Shown: one piece after another, positions 26,466-40,776 of the stretch | Numbering within the stretch: the first letter of the stretch is position 1 | How the letters are laid out: each line of letters begins with the position of its first letter | NCBI GenBank assembly: GCA_964247055.1 | Contig: OZ176052.1 | Span: forward strand, 8,246,001-8,310,000 | Direction of reading: 5' to 3' | From: Paragordius varius | Taxonomy: Eukaryota > Animalia > Nematomorpha | DNA: 64,000 nt | The notes under the pieces: generated by a model | Told to the model about the DNA's origin: nothing | Seen by the model: only the letters and a program-made list of their open reading frames with translations | Database searches by the model: none | Translations under genes and position numbers: made by a program

Positions 26466-26829
26466 AGTAACCACACGAAGACAGAGAAAAAAGAGTTTGT
26501 GAGCTGACCTAAACAACCAAAAACACTGATAAAATATCAAGCAAGTATTGTACAAATATAAATAAGGTGCTCAAGACTTAGTTATAAATTTTTTTAAAAA
26601 TGCATCGTGAAAAAATAATCAATTTTAAAAGGAAACCTGAAAATAACATATCTCTTATTAAAATTTATAAGAAAAATTTGGACTCAAATCATGTGCACAT
26701 TTTCGATATAAAATAGTGTCATTGATTATGCCAGATAAATTGAAATAGTACTTTTAGGATACAACTTTAACTAAATGATTTAGAGTTAAAATAAAAATAT
26801 ATTACATTCCTGTATTTTTCATAGTGTCC

Positions 26830-26837
<8 letters not shown>

Positions 26838-26866
<29 letters not shown>

Positions 26867-27862
26867 TGATAGGAAAATGTCGCATGATTATCATAATGGT
26901 TTTGGCCCTTACGATCATATAAAAAAGTTATTTAATCTTTTATGGCAAGTGCCGCATATCAGAAAATGACAAATTTTTGTCCATTTTTTCAAATAAAATT
27001 TTTTAGGTGAAGACTAAAGGCTTCATTCCATAAGATATCACTAAAATCATATACTACATAAGTGTCCACAAATATTATCTGTTTAAATATTATGTTCTGA
27101 TATGAAAATGTTTCATGATTATCTAGAGGCTTTTGATTTTGGCCCTTGCTAGTGATTTAAGAAAATTATTTGCATTATTGTGGGTAAGTGGTCCGTGTCA
27201 GAAAATGACAAAATTGCTCATATTTTAAATAATATTTATGATCAAAGAGGCTTCATCCTAAAAATTATCACAAAAATATACCATAAACTACATAACGAAA
27301 GCAAAAAATATTTTAAAATAATTATAATTAATCTCATTTTTTGCTTTACTAAAATGTGCAAGTTCTATTAAAATAAACGCAAAAAGGTCATAGCGCGCAA
27401 AAATTTAAATGTAATATCAACTAAATATTTTTTTTAAAAATGCATATTTTTTAAATTTAACTTATAGTAAGATTTTTTAGAAGCGTACTTCATATATTTA
27501 TGTTTTGAGGGAAACGGTTAAAACGCTTTAAGATATTATAAAAACACTTTCTCGATATAATACGATATTGCTGAACATCGCTTCATAATTTTAATTTAAA
27601 AGTTAGTATGCTTAATTTTTTTGTAAATTTTTGTAAAAAATCACCATATTTATTTAACATATATTTATTTGATATAAGTAAAAATCTGAGGCAATGGAAA
27701 TCATCATCATCGAATTATCGAGAAAGTGATTTTGTAATATTTTAAAGCGTTTTAACCCTTTTTCTCAAAACATAAATATATGAACTACGCTTCAAAAAAT
27801 TAATAATTAGATTTTTGGAAAAACTATGCATTTTAACATATAGTCTTTGATATCAAAATTTA

Positions 27863-27913
<51 letters not shown>

Positions 27914-28330
27914 GTTTTTATCGCCTGATTCCACAAGAAGACAAAAAATTGGGACTTTTGAAGCCCACATCCAAAAATTAAAATTTCCTGAAAATACTGT
28001 TTTGCTAAATGTAGTTTATAACATATTTTAGCGATGCTTTTTGGAATGAGGCATTTACCTTTGACAAAAAAATTTTTATTTAAGAAAAATGTTAGAAATT
28101 TTGCCATTTTTTGATATGTATTTCTTATCACAAAAGTGCAAATAACTTTGTATCACTAACAAATCCAAAAGCACTATGAAAATCATGAGAAACTTTCCTA
28201 GACTATATATATATATATATATATATTTCATCAGGTATTATTTTGTGGATATTGTGATATCAGAAAATGGTAAAATATGCGCACATTTTGCTACATAATT
28301 ATTTTTGGTGAAAGCTGAATGCTCAAAAAT
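26838..28330. repeat. Cluster of direct and inverted copies of a 200-400-bp repeat family separated by (TA)n runs
   Basis: The unit TATCAGAAAATGACAAA...AAAGGCTTCATTCC recurs, once inverted; internal palindrome about 27440-27835; (AT)n at 26838, 27865-27910 and 28204; a related copy lies at about 56400-57130. Confidence 0.65.
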
Positions 28331-28537
28331 GTCAGACGGTGTTATTTACGTCCCTACAGTTGCTCATAAATTTAAAAAATTAGGTTTTAGCCGTATAATG
28401 GTAAAAAAATACGATATTCTTAAAAAATTTTACATAAAATGGCGCCTGATACAGATTAACATATAACCTTTAGGGTGATGCAACTCATAGGTATTTTAAA
28501 CTCTATTTTTATAAAAGTATTTAAGATTTTTTTATCC

Positions 28538-29652
28538 CAGGGGTCCGCAACCTTTTTTGGAGGTGAGCCGTTTTTAAATAGAAAATTTTCGAGCCCTATG
28601 CTTGAAAATATTATTAAAATAGTACTCTATACTAATATAATAGTATATTTTTAAAATGTAAAAAAAAATAATTCTTAACATTACATGCTACATAATAATA
28701 ATAATATGTGAGTATGATTAAACAATTTTTTACTCCTTTTAAACCTAAAAATATGAGATATCCATTTTTCATGACTATAATAGTTTATAAATTTTATTCA
28801 TTAAAAATTCAATGTGCTTTCAGTTCGTGAATATTCTTTGATAATTTATTTAATGGTTGTGTTTTCGACACTGATACTCTCAACAAGTTTTGCAAATTTT
28901 CATCCGCTATCGTTCTATATTTTGATTTTATGAAATTTTTTGAAAACGTTTGTTAGCATAAATTTGCTTAAAAAATGCAAATCCTTGATTTAGCAAAATA
29001 TTTTAGAGTGCTAATATTATCTGGTAGATTTAAATAATCAAATTATTTCCAAAATCATGTTTATCTGCATTTTCAGATTGCAAATCAGTTAACTCTAGCT
29101 GTTTTTCTGGACAATATCAAATTTAGGATATAAAAATAAATATACTCTTTAATGTCCATAAAATTCTTGAAACCGATGACGAAATTTTCATCCAACACTA
29201 TTAATTCAATAAAATTATGCGAGGGTCATTGTTTTATAATTTTGATTTACATCGATTGCTAAGTCTTTTAAAGTTGCGAAATATATAATTTTATTTTGCA
29301 ATGTTATGTTTGAAATTAAATAAGCGGTGATATCAAACAGAAAAATTAAGCATAGCTATTTAAAAATTGATGATTCTGGGTTATAAATATCTTTTTCAGT
29401 CAAAAATTTTTGTATTTAATATACAAATCAAAAAATTTTTCAAGACTTTTCCTGGGCTAAGCCATTTTACTTCTGCAAAGTAAATAACATCGTCATATGA
29501 ATTGAATTTCATCCAAAAAATTTCTAAACAATCGATTGTTCGAAAAAGTTGTCACTTAGTTACAGGCCGCGTTTCGGCTTTAAAAGATTTCAATTTTTTT
29601 AAATTCTTCGGCGGGTCAAATTTGGCTCGCGAGCCCTAGGTGCCGACCCCTG
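28538..29652 (-). mobile_element. Internally deleted, decayed hAT transposon
   Basis: TIRs CAGGGGTCCGCAACC / GGTGCCGACCCCTG; minus-strand NLC*QTFSKNFIKSKYRTIADENLQNLLRVSVS resembles the hAT C-terminal dimerisation domain. No clean TSD. Confidence 0.75.
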
Positions 29653-31974
29653 CTTTAAATTGTATAATTCATATTTTTTAAAAACTGTTTAAAATAATTT
29701 GCCAATTCTAAAATCATTTTATCCTTATTAAACACCTTTAATTGGGGTATATGGATACCCCAGCAAACTATGTAATGACATAAAAATACTACTCAGGCGA
29801 CTGAATTTTTATATTCTATCTGAATAAAAATAAGCTAAAATATTTTTTTAAATTAATTTTTGAGGAAAATGTTCCATACTATTTTGGCACCGTTTCTATT
29901 TCATTTTTTTGTTTTCGTATTCATTTTGCTACGGCTGAAACTTGCTATTATTAAATACATTAAGCTTTTCCTGTCTAATTTTTTCCTTCTAAGGATAAAA
30001 TAGGGAATATTAAGCTTATTGGTTAATTAACAACATCATATTATTGAGAGTGCAATTAATTGGTTGTTTATTTGTGTTTGGCTCTATCTAAATTTTTGAT
30101 TTCGACAAATATATCAAATCATGTTTTGTTGATATTAATAAAAAAAATTAATTTTCAAAATTAACTAATCACTATGACCATACTATGACTTGAGTTATAC
30201 ATATATATATATTAGTGTAAAGTGTTGACAATTTAATTTATAACATTCTTTCACAATTTTGAGTTATACTATTCCCATGATATTTAAATTTTAATTCTAT
30301 TGGGGTAAATTTTAATACTTTTACTGCATATGGTCTTAGATATAGTCGATATTTTCCATATAATAAAAAAACTTAAAATTTTCCAAACATTATTACACTA
30401 TCATTTTTTAATGAATTTCTTAGGTAAATAATGCGTGAATTATCATTTTAAAAAAGTTGTATTATCTTATATGTAACACCAATTAAATAATTTTGTGCCT
30501 ATAATTATCTATATCATACCTCTATCTTTTTTTTAAATTTAATCTACCCCAAAATTCCGTTTTATACTTTAAAATCTAAAGGTACTTAATTTATTTATTG
30601 TCGTCATATTAAAATCCTTTTACTAAATATGTGTATACCTTACACTTTCATTGATATGGAATTAGATGTATACACCACCATATATATGAATATCTTTTTA
30701 TAAATTAATCTTGACCTCAATTTTCTCATGTTTTTTGTGTTGTTGGTGTTCTGTTTAGTCATTTAAAAAAAATGATGTCTTTACAAAATATTTGTTACAA
30801 TATTTTTTTTAAAATCATCATTTTTTTTATTACACATTAAAGCATAATCAACTTTTTAGATCAGATATTGGAATGTAATCTAATACATATTATATATATT
30901 TGGGTATGACTGTTTTTGTAACGTTTTTGAAATATGCTTTTTTGATAAAACTTTTTTATGATAGAAAAAATATCTTTCATCATCTCCCAAAAATGGGTCC
31001 AATACACTTAATTCCAATGTATAGATAAAGAGTTGTATGGTAGTTTTAGGGTTTGAGATAATCTAATTTAAGGTTAATTTTATGATAATTAGTAACGGTA
31101 AAAATAATTCCAACTACATGGAATTTATCACCAAGTTTTGCAAAATTATATGAAAAAATTTGCTTTATTAAGTGTTTTATGAAGTGTTCAAAAATTTACC
31201 ACATACGTTTTTTTTACGAAATATCGTAGTCAGTTAGTTCATCTTTCATATTCATAATTATAATTATTTATTACATACATTCTGAAGATTTAATTTGTAA
31301 AACATATTTTTTCGGAATAAAATATAATTAATAGACAATATATTATGCTACAGTTTATTAAACTTTGTACAATATGTTTAAATTTTGCTATTTTATTTTT
31401 TTAGATGCTCCTCCGGTTCTGAATGTGGATAATACATAAAAACGGAAGAATATTTCCAACTGATAATAAAAAGCATGGATATGTGCATTAGAAATTTTTT
31501 TTGAACATGTTTGTCTGCATTTCTCTTATATCTGTTAATTATCCAACGCAAAATTTTAATACATATTAAATGCGTAAAACTTCATCATTTAATTCAAAAC
31601 TTTGGGGGGCTATCTTTTAAAAATACGCACGCTCTTAATTTTACATATAACAAAATATTTGGAATGTTTTTGTTTTAATATATTCGACACTATACTAAAT
31701 TACATGTAAGACTAAAAGATTTACCCTTTCTCTTTCTCTATATTATTATCTATACTTCATCTGTCCCATCCCATCCCAACATACATGTGTCACACTGTAA
31801 TGCTTACTTTTTACCTATAATAAGGTCTCGACAAAAAATAATTATTTAATGTTTCAGCAAATTAATATATAACTTCTATAAGATATTTAAGCGCTCGTCG
31901 ATTCCCAAATTATATTCCGTTCTCAGAATTTTAAAAAACCAAATCACTACAAACTATCCATAGACCCTAAATCA

Positions 31975-34900
31975 ATGTGGACGAAATTGCGAAATTTTAT
32001 GTTTTATCGCCATCGATCTCAATTACTTACCCTTACAACGTTTGGCGGTTGTGGACTTTTGTTATTCACTTACCTGGCTGTGTTTAAGGGACATGGAACA
32101 TATTATGAAAATAACTACAACGATAAAAACATACTAGAAAGTAAGGACGTTACTACTAATCACCAAAAATTTTGGGAAAAAATTTCATCTTATTTGAACT
32201 TTGGCAAAAACGATGGCGAGGGAAGACAGCAATCCCTCCTATACAATAATTTGTTAGGTTCCCTGGTTAATCGGAATAACATGTATCCCGGGCTTAATCT
32301 CCAGAAACCACTTATACATGAAGGCCGTATAGTACAAGCTATGGATGGATACCCAAAATTATGTATTATTGTTTATTTAATATTTGCTACTATTTTTACT
32401 TTTTCTTAGTGATTGCTATCTCTAAATAACTAACATACTTTTATAATTTATATAAACTATCCACTTTTTCCTCAAAAAAATTAAATGTTTCAATGAATTA
32501 TCATATTTTTTTAAAAATTTTAGAAAATATTTTTAAGATTAATAATAATGCATTTTACTTTTTAGATTGGTACATTGTACCTTCATATATTCTGAAAACT
32601 GCTTTATATCTCAATAAAGGGTTATGAACGCTAATACCTATTTTATATTGTCAATTACTTGTGATGTACTAGGTGTCGTCCATTTTTTTACAATTTTATT
32701 AACCTATGTCGTCTGTTTCCTCTCTTTGTCATAAAAATGTTAAAATCTTATGCATACAATAAACCATATAAATTGAGTGTTTTCCGAAAATAAACCCATA
32801 TATAACATACATCAAAGGAATATTTTTTAATTTATTACACTATGCTAAAATACTTTTTTTTGTACAACTAAAAACTTAAAATTTACATTGTCTATACCAA
32901 CCATTTTTATATTGACATGTGTGTCCTTCATTACACACACAATTTAAACCATATTTAAATTTATACTTGTATATATCAAGACACCAATTTGTATTACCAA
33001 ATAATTATATTATACATAATATATGTGGATAGTTTTTTTTTAATTATAAATTATATAAGCCTAATGTGGTAGGTAAAACGATTAATTTGTTACACTGTGT
33101 AATCGGTTAAACAAACAAAATATACAGCAAACATATTTTAAATTTCATTGCATAGCTTTTTCCATTCGATTTTAATTATAATTATATGGTTTTTTCGCAC
33201 GAACATTACTAAATGAGGAAAAAAACATAGATATAAAGGTATAGAGATGGAATAAAGGGATTAACTGTACATATATAAATATTTTTATATATATAACTTT
33301 TTTTGTTTTAAACTTCCGTGTTTGGATTAATGAAACAACAATGTATATAAAAATAAAATTTTGCAAATTTAATTTGCACCTTTTTTATTGTGATTTTCAT
33401 CATAATTTTTAAATTTTTTTTCATACTTTGTAAAAAATAAATTAACCTTTAAGGACGTGAAGGCGGATGTTAAACAAATTTTTCGTATAACAGTTGAAAT
33501 GTTAAACATTAAATTTTAAATTTGTCACGCTAAATATATTTTAACCAAACCAAAATATATGATAAATTTTTTATGTGCGAGCAAATATGATAAATTATTA
33601 TACACCAAATAATTTAAAAAATGTAGTAAGCCACATGTGTGATACTTAGTTACATAATAAATTATGGCTAAAAAATATGATAACATTGTTAAAAAGTTTA
33701 ATTTAAATTATTTTAAAATATGATTTAGTTCTAGTAGAATTTTGTGTAGATCATTGTCAAAAAATTCCGTAATACTGTAAACAGCAATAATGGTTATATG
33801 GGTCTTTGAGTAACTTTTTCTTGCTTGCACTTAATCTGTTAATATAATGTGTTGAGGTTGAGCAAATTAAAACAAACCCAAAATTTAATTTCTTTATTAA
33901 CAAATAATAAATTATATATAACCAATAATATACTGTATAATAGTGAATTTTCAAAATTTTTAGAAAATTCCAAATTAGGGCGCCGGACTATCACACTGTG
34001 TGTATGGTAACTGCCAATTTTTCATCATCACTGTCAGCCCTGACAGACGACTGTTAATACCTATGTCCTTCATTAATAAAAAAGGAACTCTTCACTGTAT
34101 ATTTTTTATCAGAAATTAAAACTAAAAATAAACTTAAAATTCTGTATTTGTTAATACTCGTCCTCGTGGGTTACTTTAACTTTACAGTAAACTGCAATAT
34201 TATTGTTTATATGGCTGTTTTCTGTATATATAAGTTTTAAAATTCTAACTTCAATTTATTTCGTTATATTTTCAGTTTATAAAAAAAACATAATTATTTC
34301 TAATTATATCATAAATGATAATTTCATTCATTATCTTTGCAAAATTAAAGTATTGAACGGCATATAGATATCATTTTTTAATGAAAAAGGAATTTTTTTG
34401 CCGCTAACATTTTAATGGACACTGCATCCAATTTTGAAATTAACCTGGTTTTAACTGAATTATTATTGGTTTCCTATTTTTGGATAACTTTAGTTTTTAG
34501 TGTTGGCCAAATGATTGGTTCAGTACATTTCTTAAAAAAATTCCCAGACAATAATCGCCCATTTTACGTTTGGGTTTTCCAAGATGTTAGATTTTTTTTG
34601 ATATTTCTAATAACTAATAAAAATATTTGACTTTTCTCTTGTCACTAAGTGTTAATCCACACTACTGTTAAACCTATTTTTGAGACAACCCAAAAATTCA
34701 CACACAAGTCGATATTGGTTTCATAAAATTGTCAACTATTATTGATCGTATGCAACAGGTTTTTTTGTAAAAAAATCCTCATCAGACAAAATTTGACGCT
34801 AATGGATTTTTTTATTTTTATATCAAAGTGGGTTTCGAAATTCTAACATACACCCCATCAAAATATTTAAATTTAGGTGGGGATGATGCTAATTGAATAT

Positions 34901-37900
34901 ATAATCAATTTCACCGAAATAACCAAATTTAGCAGTTATTTTTTAATTTTATTATTAGATAGACCAAAAACATGTTAAAAATCGGTGTGATTTTTTGTTT
35001 TAATGATTTTGCATAAAAAAACGAGAATATTTTTCAACAAAAAAAGTGAATAATAATAAAAAAGTACTCTAACAAACAAAGTGTCCTTATAAAATAGTAT
35101 TTTGCCTGGAAATCGCATATATATAATATTCTGTGCTAGATAATGGTAATGGAGGAAACAACAAGTATAATACTTTTCCACCCTCATCGTTTTCTTCTCC
35201 TGCCTATCGTTTCCCTTATGAACCGCAACAACAAGCAATGATGAGTGGAAATGGGCCCATAACTGTACCACATCGCAAATATAAATGGAGAATCCTGTGT
35301 TGGGTCTTAACTAACCCATCTAATTTACCTACCCGAACTATTTATGTTAAACGCTCTTGGGGTCCACGGTGTGATAAAACATTGTACTTGAGTACATTCA
35401 CTAATGCCGACTTTCCAACCGTTGGACTTTTAGATCAAAACATGACCGATTTCATGTTGGATGATGATGAAATTACTACAACTATTTTAACCCTCTCTAC
35501 CACCAGTCAAAATATGTCAATTGCTTCATCTATTAAACGAGCTAAAATGTCTTCTAAAGCAAATGCCAAACAACAACGGAAAAAAATTGTTGAAAGTAAA
35601 CAACTTAATTCGGAGAAAGCTAGGATGGCTTGGATCTACATTTACAAAAAGTATTACAATGATTATGATTTCTTTTACAAAACGGATGATGACACGTACG
35701 TAATAGTTGAAAATTTGAGAGATTACTTGGAAACTAAGGATCCCGGCGATCCTGAATTTTATGGCCATAGGTAATTTTTTTATTATACCTTTGCAAATCT
35801 ATATGTAATAATTGGTTATGATGAAATTGTAATTTTTTAAAGGTATATGCCACACTGTTTGACCAATAACCAATTCTTACATTTATTTCACAAGAAGTGT
35901 AAAATAAAGTAGCATATAGTGTATAAAGGTTTGTCCATAATTAAATAATTAAAATTAAGTTAAAATATAGGAAAAAGTGTTTAACTTCAACCATTTGTTG
36001 TTTGTTATTATACACCACTGTAAAAAGAAAAAAATTTTGGAAGGGGATTTACTGTAAAGCAATACAAATAGCGCATGTACAATATAATCAACTAGGTTGA
36101 CAATGACCTAAATTTAGCACATTTTTTTATATAACTAGAAAATTATTGGCCGTTTCAACGCACATTACTGTATATGAAGTGATAAATGTCTAGTAACGAA
36201 TTCTCTGTTGTGATAAAACTGATACATTGATTTATGGAATATAAATCGATGTGTTTTTGGTTTTATATAAATAATTATTTTTAGAAGATCATTATATATA
36301 TATATATTAATACTACTTTGCTATTTTTTAAATGCCATTAGATGTGGATTATATTAAATATATAAATTGGTGACATACTTGCGTAAATGCTTAAACATAA
36401 ACGAAACGACACCACTTGTAAACGTTTAGCTTTTAAAATGAATGACCATGATTTTAAGTTTTTTGACATACATGGATGGTCTAATTTTGTTTCAAATATA
36501 ATATACATTTTATTATGAAGTTTTATGTATACATAATATAATTTATATCTTTTTTCCATCTAAATTTAAGTTATATATTATAAGGATTTATTTTGCACTG
36601 AACACATATATTTACGATAATTATACTAGAATTTAATCGTCTTTAGGGATTAATTATACTAATTTCGTCTAAAATAATATTTTCATGTTTCTTTACATTA
36701 TAACAATATGGTTACATACATACACTACACCTACAATTACTATTTATAAGTAGCGCTATTTTTAAACTTTTATTATTATACCAGATATTAAATATGAAAC
36801 GTTTGAAAGTTTTGTGGGTTTTGTTAAATAATTAATTATACACCCAGAAAATGTTAGAAATTTGTCCTCCCCTTATTGACACATTTGTTGTAGTTTGAAA
36901 AGTTTAATTATTTATCCTGTGATTTAGATGTAAATTTGTCATTTTTGGATATTTATCTATAATTTAATATGGATTTTCATTTTGGTAATTACATATTTTA
37001 CAACTCGTACAAGTCTGGTTCATAATTAGATTAAAGTAAGTGAGTGTTTTGTCAAAACACAAAGACTTGTTTAAAATGTAAAAAATTTAATTATGTACAT
37101 TGTCAACTAAGGTCACATCTTATGCTAAAAGTCACAAGTTTTTCATAAAATAAAATACAGACCATGTTAATCCTAAAAATTAATTACTTTCAAAAAAAAT
37201 GACAAATAATAACTTCTACTTACATGTGTGAATGTATAATTAACTCAAACTTTTTTGTCATTGGTGAGATATAATTTTTTATAAATCATAAAAGTTTTAA
37301 TCATCGTGCTGTAAAATCTCTATTTCATAGCCAGCTCTGCACTATCTTGCGTCGCTCTGGCTGAGTTAGGAAAAGGATTTTTAGCTTTTTTATCCTTAAA
37401 AATTAGATAGCGAAAATATATATAACAATATATTTTTAAAAAATACGATGCAACCATTATCCTAAATAATTTTATAAGTTTTTAGAATTGCTAAATAGCC
37501 AACATTTATCAAAATCCAGATGTTTGGAGAAAAATATTAGCGGCATATATTTGAGAAGAAATTCATTTAATAACATTTTTAACGGTTTAAGTTTTATTCT
37601 ATAGTGGCATAAACAATCATATTATTTAAAAACCAACCTTAACTTTAACAAGTGAAAAAAAATAGCGGAATATGACAAAGTTTATTTTCAAAGTGTGTCA
37701 TTACAGTTTTATTTACATGAAATAATAGCTGCAGTCTGTTTTTTAGACATAGCATAAATATTCTTTTTTTGGTTTTGTTTGAATTTTGCATCTTGTGCCG
37801 CCAATTATTCCATTAAAAAGATAAAATACTTAAATATATATTTTAGACATGAATGTTATTCCTCGTTTTTATTTAAAATTTTAATACTATAATTCATCTT

Positions 37901-40776
37901 CTATATTTATAATATGATTTGTAAAATTAAAACTAAATCAGAGCAAAACCATCTTTGATATTTATTTTACTTTTACTGGTGTTAGGAATATGATAAATTT
38001 TTTTTATCACATTCCACTTTACTTCATTATAAAATATACCTTTACCAAATTTTTACATTTTCATTCATCTTTTACCATTAGTAATATTGTTAAAGCATAT
38101 CTCACTCAGTCACCTTTTAGATCTCCCTGTTAGGTGATTTGCTTAATTTATACTTTATTATTTAATACATGATATAAACAAGTAGGAGGGACTATATAAT
38201 TATATATGTGTAGTATTTTATATATAATGAATTGCTTGCTACTTACCAGAAGGTAATTTAAGAATTTATGTAATTGCCTTAAATTTAGTCCTTATCTCAG
38301 ATCTGTTGTAACAATTTAGTTTGATAAAAATGTATGTATTTTATGTCTTACTACCAATAGGAAAAAATGAATAAAATTCCTTTCCTATGTTATAATATAA
38401 AATCTTGTGTATTTCGTTTACCCAATATATTAGGCTTATTGCAAATATACTACATCTCACCGATAATAAAATTCTTGTTTTAGATATATTGTGATAAATA
38501 CCATCGAGGTTGTTTAATATAGTTACTAATTAAAACATCGACAAGAAATTTGAGCCAAACTTTTATATATGTATGTGAATATGAATCCAATTACATATAG
38601 ATATTTAAGTTAACTTTGGTTGAAAATATTAAATTTTTAGTTGACAATATGAAATTAACTTTATTTATAATATTACGAAAACACGATTGAAATTCCTCAT
38701 TTGTATGTTATTATACAGTAACGTATGGTATAAAACAATATTCCATAAAAGTATAAAAAATGTTTTTTTAAAAAAACAAGGGGATATTATGGATATGTGT
38801 ATATACAACTAGGTTTTTTTTAAAACAAAGCATTTTTTTATTCTTTTATGGACTAATAATGTTTTATTCCATACGCTACTGTATTGTAATAACAATCACT
38901 CACACATTACCAAAGTGTTAGGAGGTTATTAGTGACATTTTATTTAACATTTTGGCTTCAGGACATTAGGATTAAATAATAAATTCCTCATATTATATAT
39001 TAAAAAATAAAGAAGTCATCAGATTTTTATATAATGTGTCTTTAAAAAATGAAAAAATACCTTTACCTACCTGTGAGAGACCAGATATTTGTATATAGAT
39101 AAGCATATTTTAATATGTGCCTAAGTTAGTAGACTATTTCCAGAAAGATCTGATATCATTTGAAAGGTTAAATGGCTTTAAGTAGTTTTTGTAAAATATT
39201 TGACGAAATAATTGTCATTTCCTGTCTTTGTGCTTAAAGTATTTTTTTTAATAACTGTCCTCCTAATCCTTAAATATTTCCATTCTTTTTATTGATTCTT
39301 TATTTAATTATGTTTAAACATAATTAGGATACACCTCTTTTTTAAAATGTTTTATAATGGTATGTAATTAAATAAATGTATGTTCTTTGTAAGAAAATAA
39401 AGATAAAGTACTTGCTTTTACATTTATGGACTCATTATTACCGTTGCAATCACAATCAATTAAACTTCATTATTATTTGTTTTTACGTTTAAACACATGT
39501 TATTAGATTCATACTTCGGGGTAAAAATGTGACATATATGAGCGGGGGATCTGGATTCGTTTTAACTAAACGAGCCCTCCGTAATTTGGTAACGATTGGT
39601 TTCAAACGCTATCCCGATTGCATTCCCAAGGGAGCCGGTGAGGATTGGAAAACGGCCCGGTGTTTGCAGTTAGCGGGTTGTACACCCATTGACACGCGAG
39701 ATCAACTTGGAAGAGAACGGTTTCTTGTGTTTCCGCCCAAATCTCATCTTGCTGGCACTTATCCGGCTTGGTATTACAAATATGATGTGGACGGGGCATC
39801 TAAGGTTTCTATTTTTAGGATTAAAAACAAATTGTTTACATCAGGGGTGTCCAACATGCGGCCCTCCGAGACTTTTATGTGCCGCCCGCGAAAAATTTAA
39901 ATTATATGCAATATGCTCACGAAATCTTGGTTCAATTGATATTTGTTTAACCATTCCTCTAAAAAGTCTCGTATGTTGAAAAGAACTAAATAAATTGTTA
40001 CATTGTGTTTGAATTTTACAGTTTTTTGTTCAAAATCTTCTAAATATTTATTAATGCACATATAAAATCCAGCAGCCTGCGAAGCCATTTGTGTGGACAC
40101 CCCCGGTTTATATCATATGAATGAAATTAATTGGAGTTAAAAAAATAAATATACATAGCTAACAATTAAATAAGTTTATGTGTAAGACACAGTTTTTTAA
40201 CCCTAAACATTATTAATTTTGTGTCGCTCTGAAATATAAACACTATTGCTAATCTATCACATAACTTTTATAAATATTTACATTTAGGGTATAGGTTGTT
40301 GCTCATACTATCCCATCAGCTTCCATTACATCCGGGGAACCGAATTATTAATGATTGATTATTTCTTGTATCGCATGAGGGTTTTAGGGGATCAGGCTTG
40401 GGTCGATACATTTGTTCCAGGACAATCTACAGATTTTGATCTGCCTTCTCTCAAATCCACTACTATGGATGGCAATACAGATATCAAAGGTGCTAATAAA
40501 AAACAAGATTCACCCCCAAAATCAAAAGATGACTCGCATGTCCAAATTGATTCCGCCAAACATATAACGGTCACGACAAGATCCATTAAAAATACTAAAT
40601 TATTACCTCGGGGTCGAGGACACTTAATTGCAACTTCTGCACGAAAATCGGCACATGCTACCTTAACAAGAGGAGAAACTGAGGTTTTTTATCCAATCTC
40701 CTCACATTCAGCTACTTACGATGTTGAACACAATGATATTGAATTAAATAAAAAGATTACCAAAAATTCTCCATGA
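31975..40776 (+). CDS. C1GALT1: Glycoprotein-N-acetylgalactosamine 3-beta-galactosyltransferase 1 (core 1 T-synthase)-like, 601 aa. Exons: 31975-32362, 35140-35770, 39507-39804, 40288-40776
   Basis: N-terminal type II transmembrane anchor; RILCWVLTNP, VKRSWGPRCDK, FYKTDDDTYVIVENLR (DxD), YGHR|F, YMSGGSGFVLTKRAL, GEDWKTARCL, DTRD..GRERF, GCCSYYPISFHYI, LYRMR. Joins are phase-compatible GT-AG. Confidence 0.92.
39842..40105. mobile_element. hAT MITE in C1GALT1 intron 3
   Basis: CAGGGGTGTCCAAC ... GTGGACACCCCCG; TSD GTTTACAT/GTTTATAT (7 of 8 match); internal similarity to the 3059-3343 copy. Confidence 0.85.

Noticed and set aside
34040-34056. CTGTCAG-CC-CTGACAG hairpin in C1GALT1 intron 1 as a Helitron end or ncRNA
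   Set aside because: No CTRR terminus or snoRNA boxes; a short palindrome alone is insufficient.
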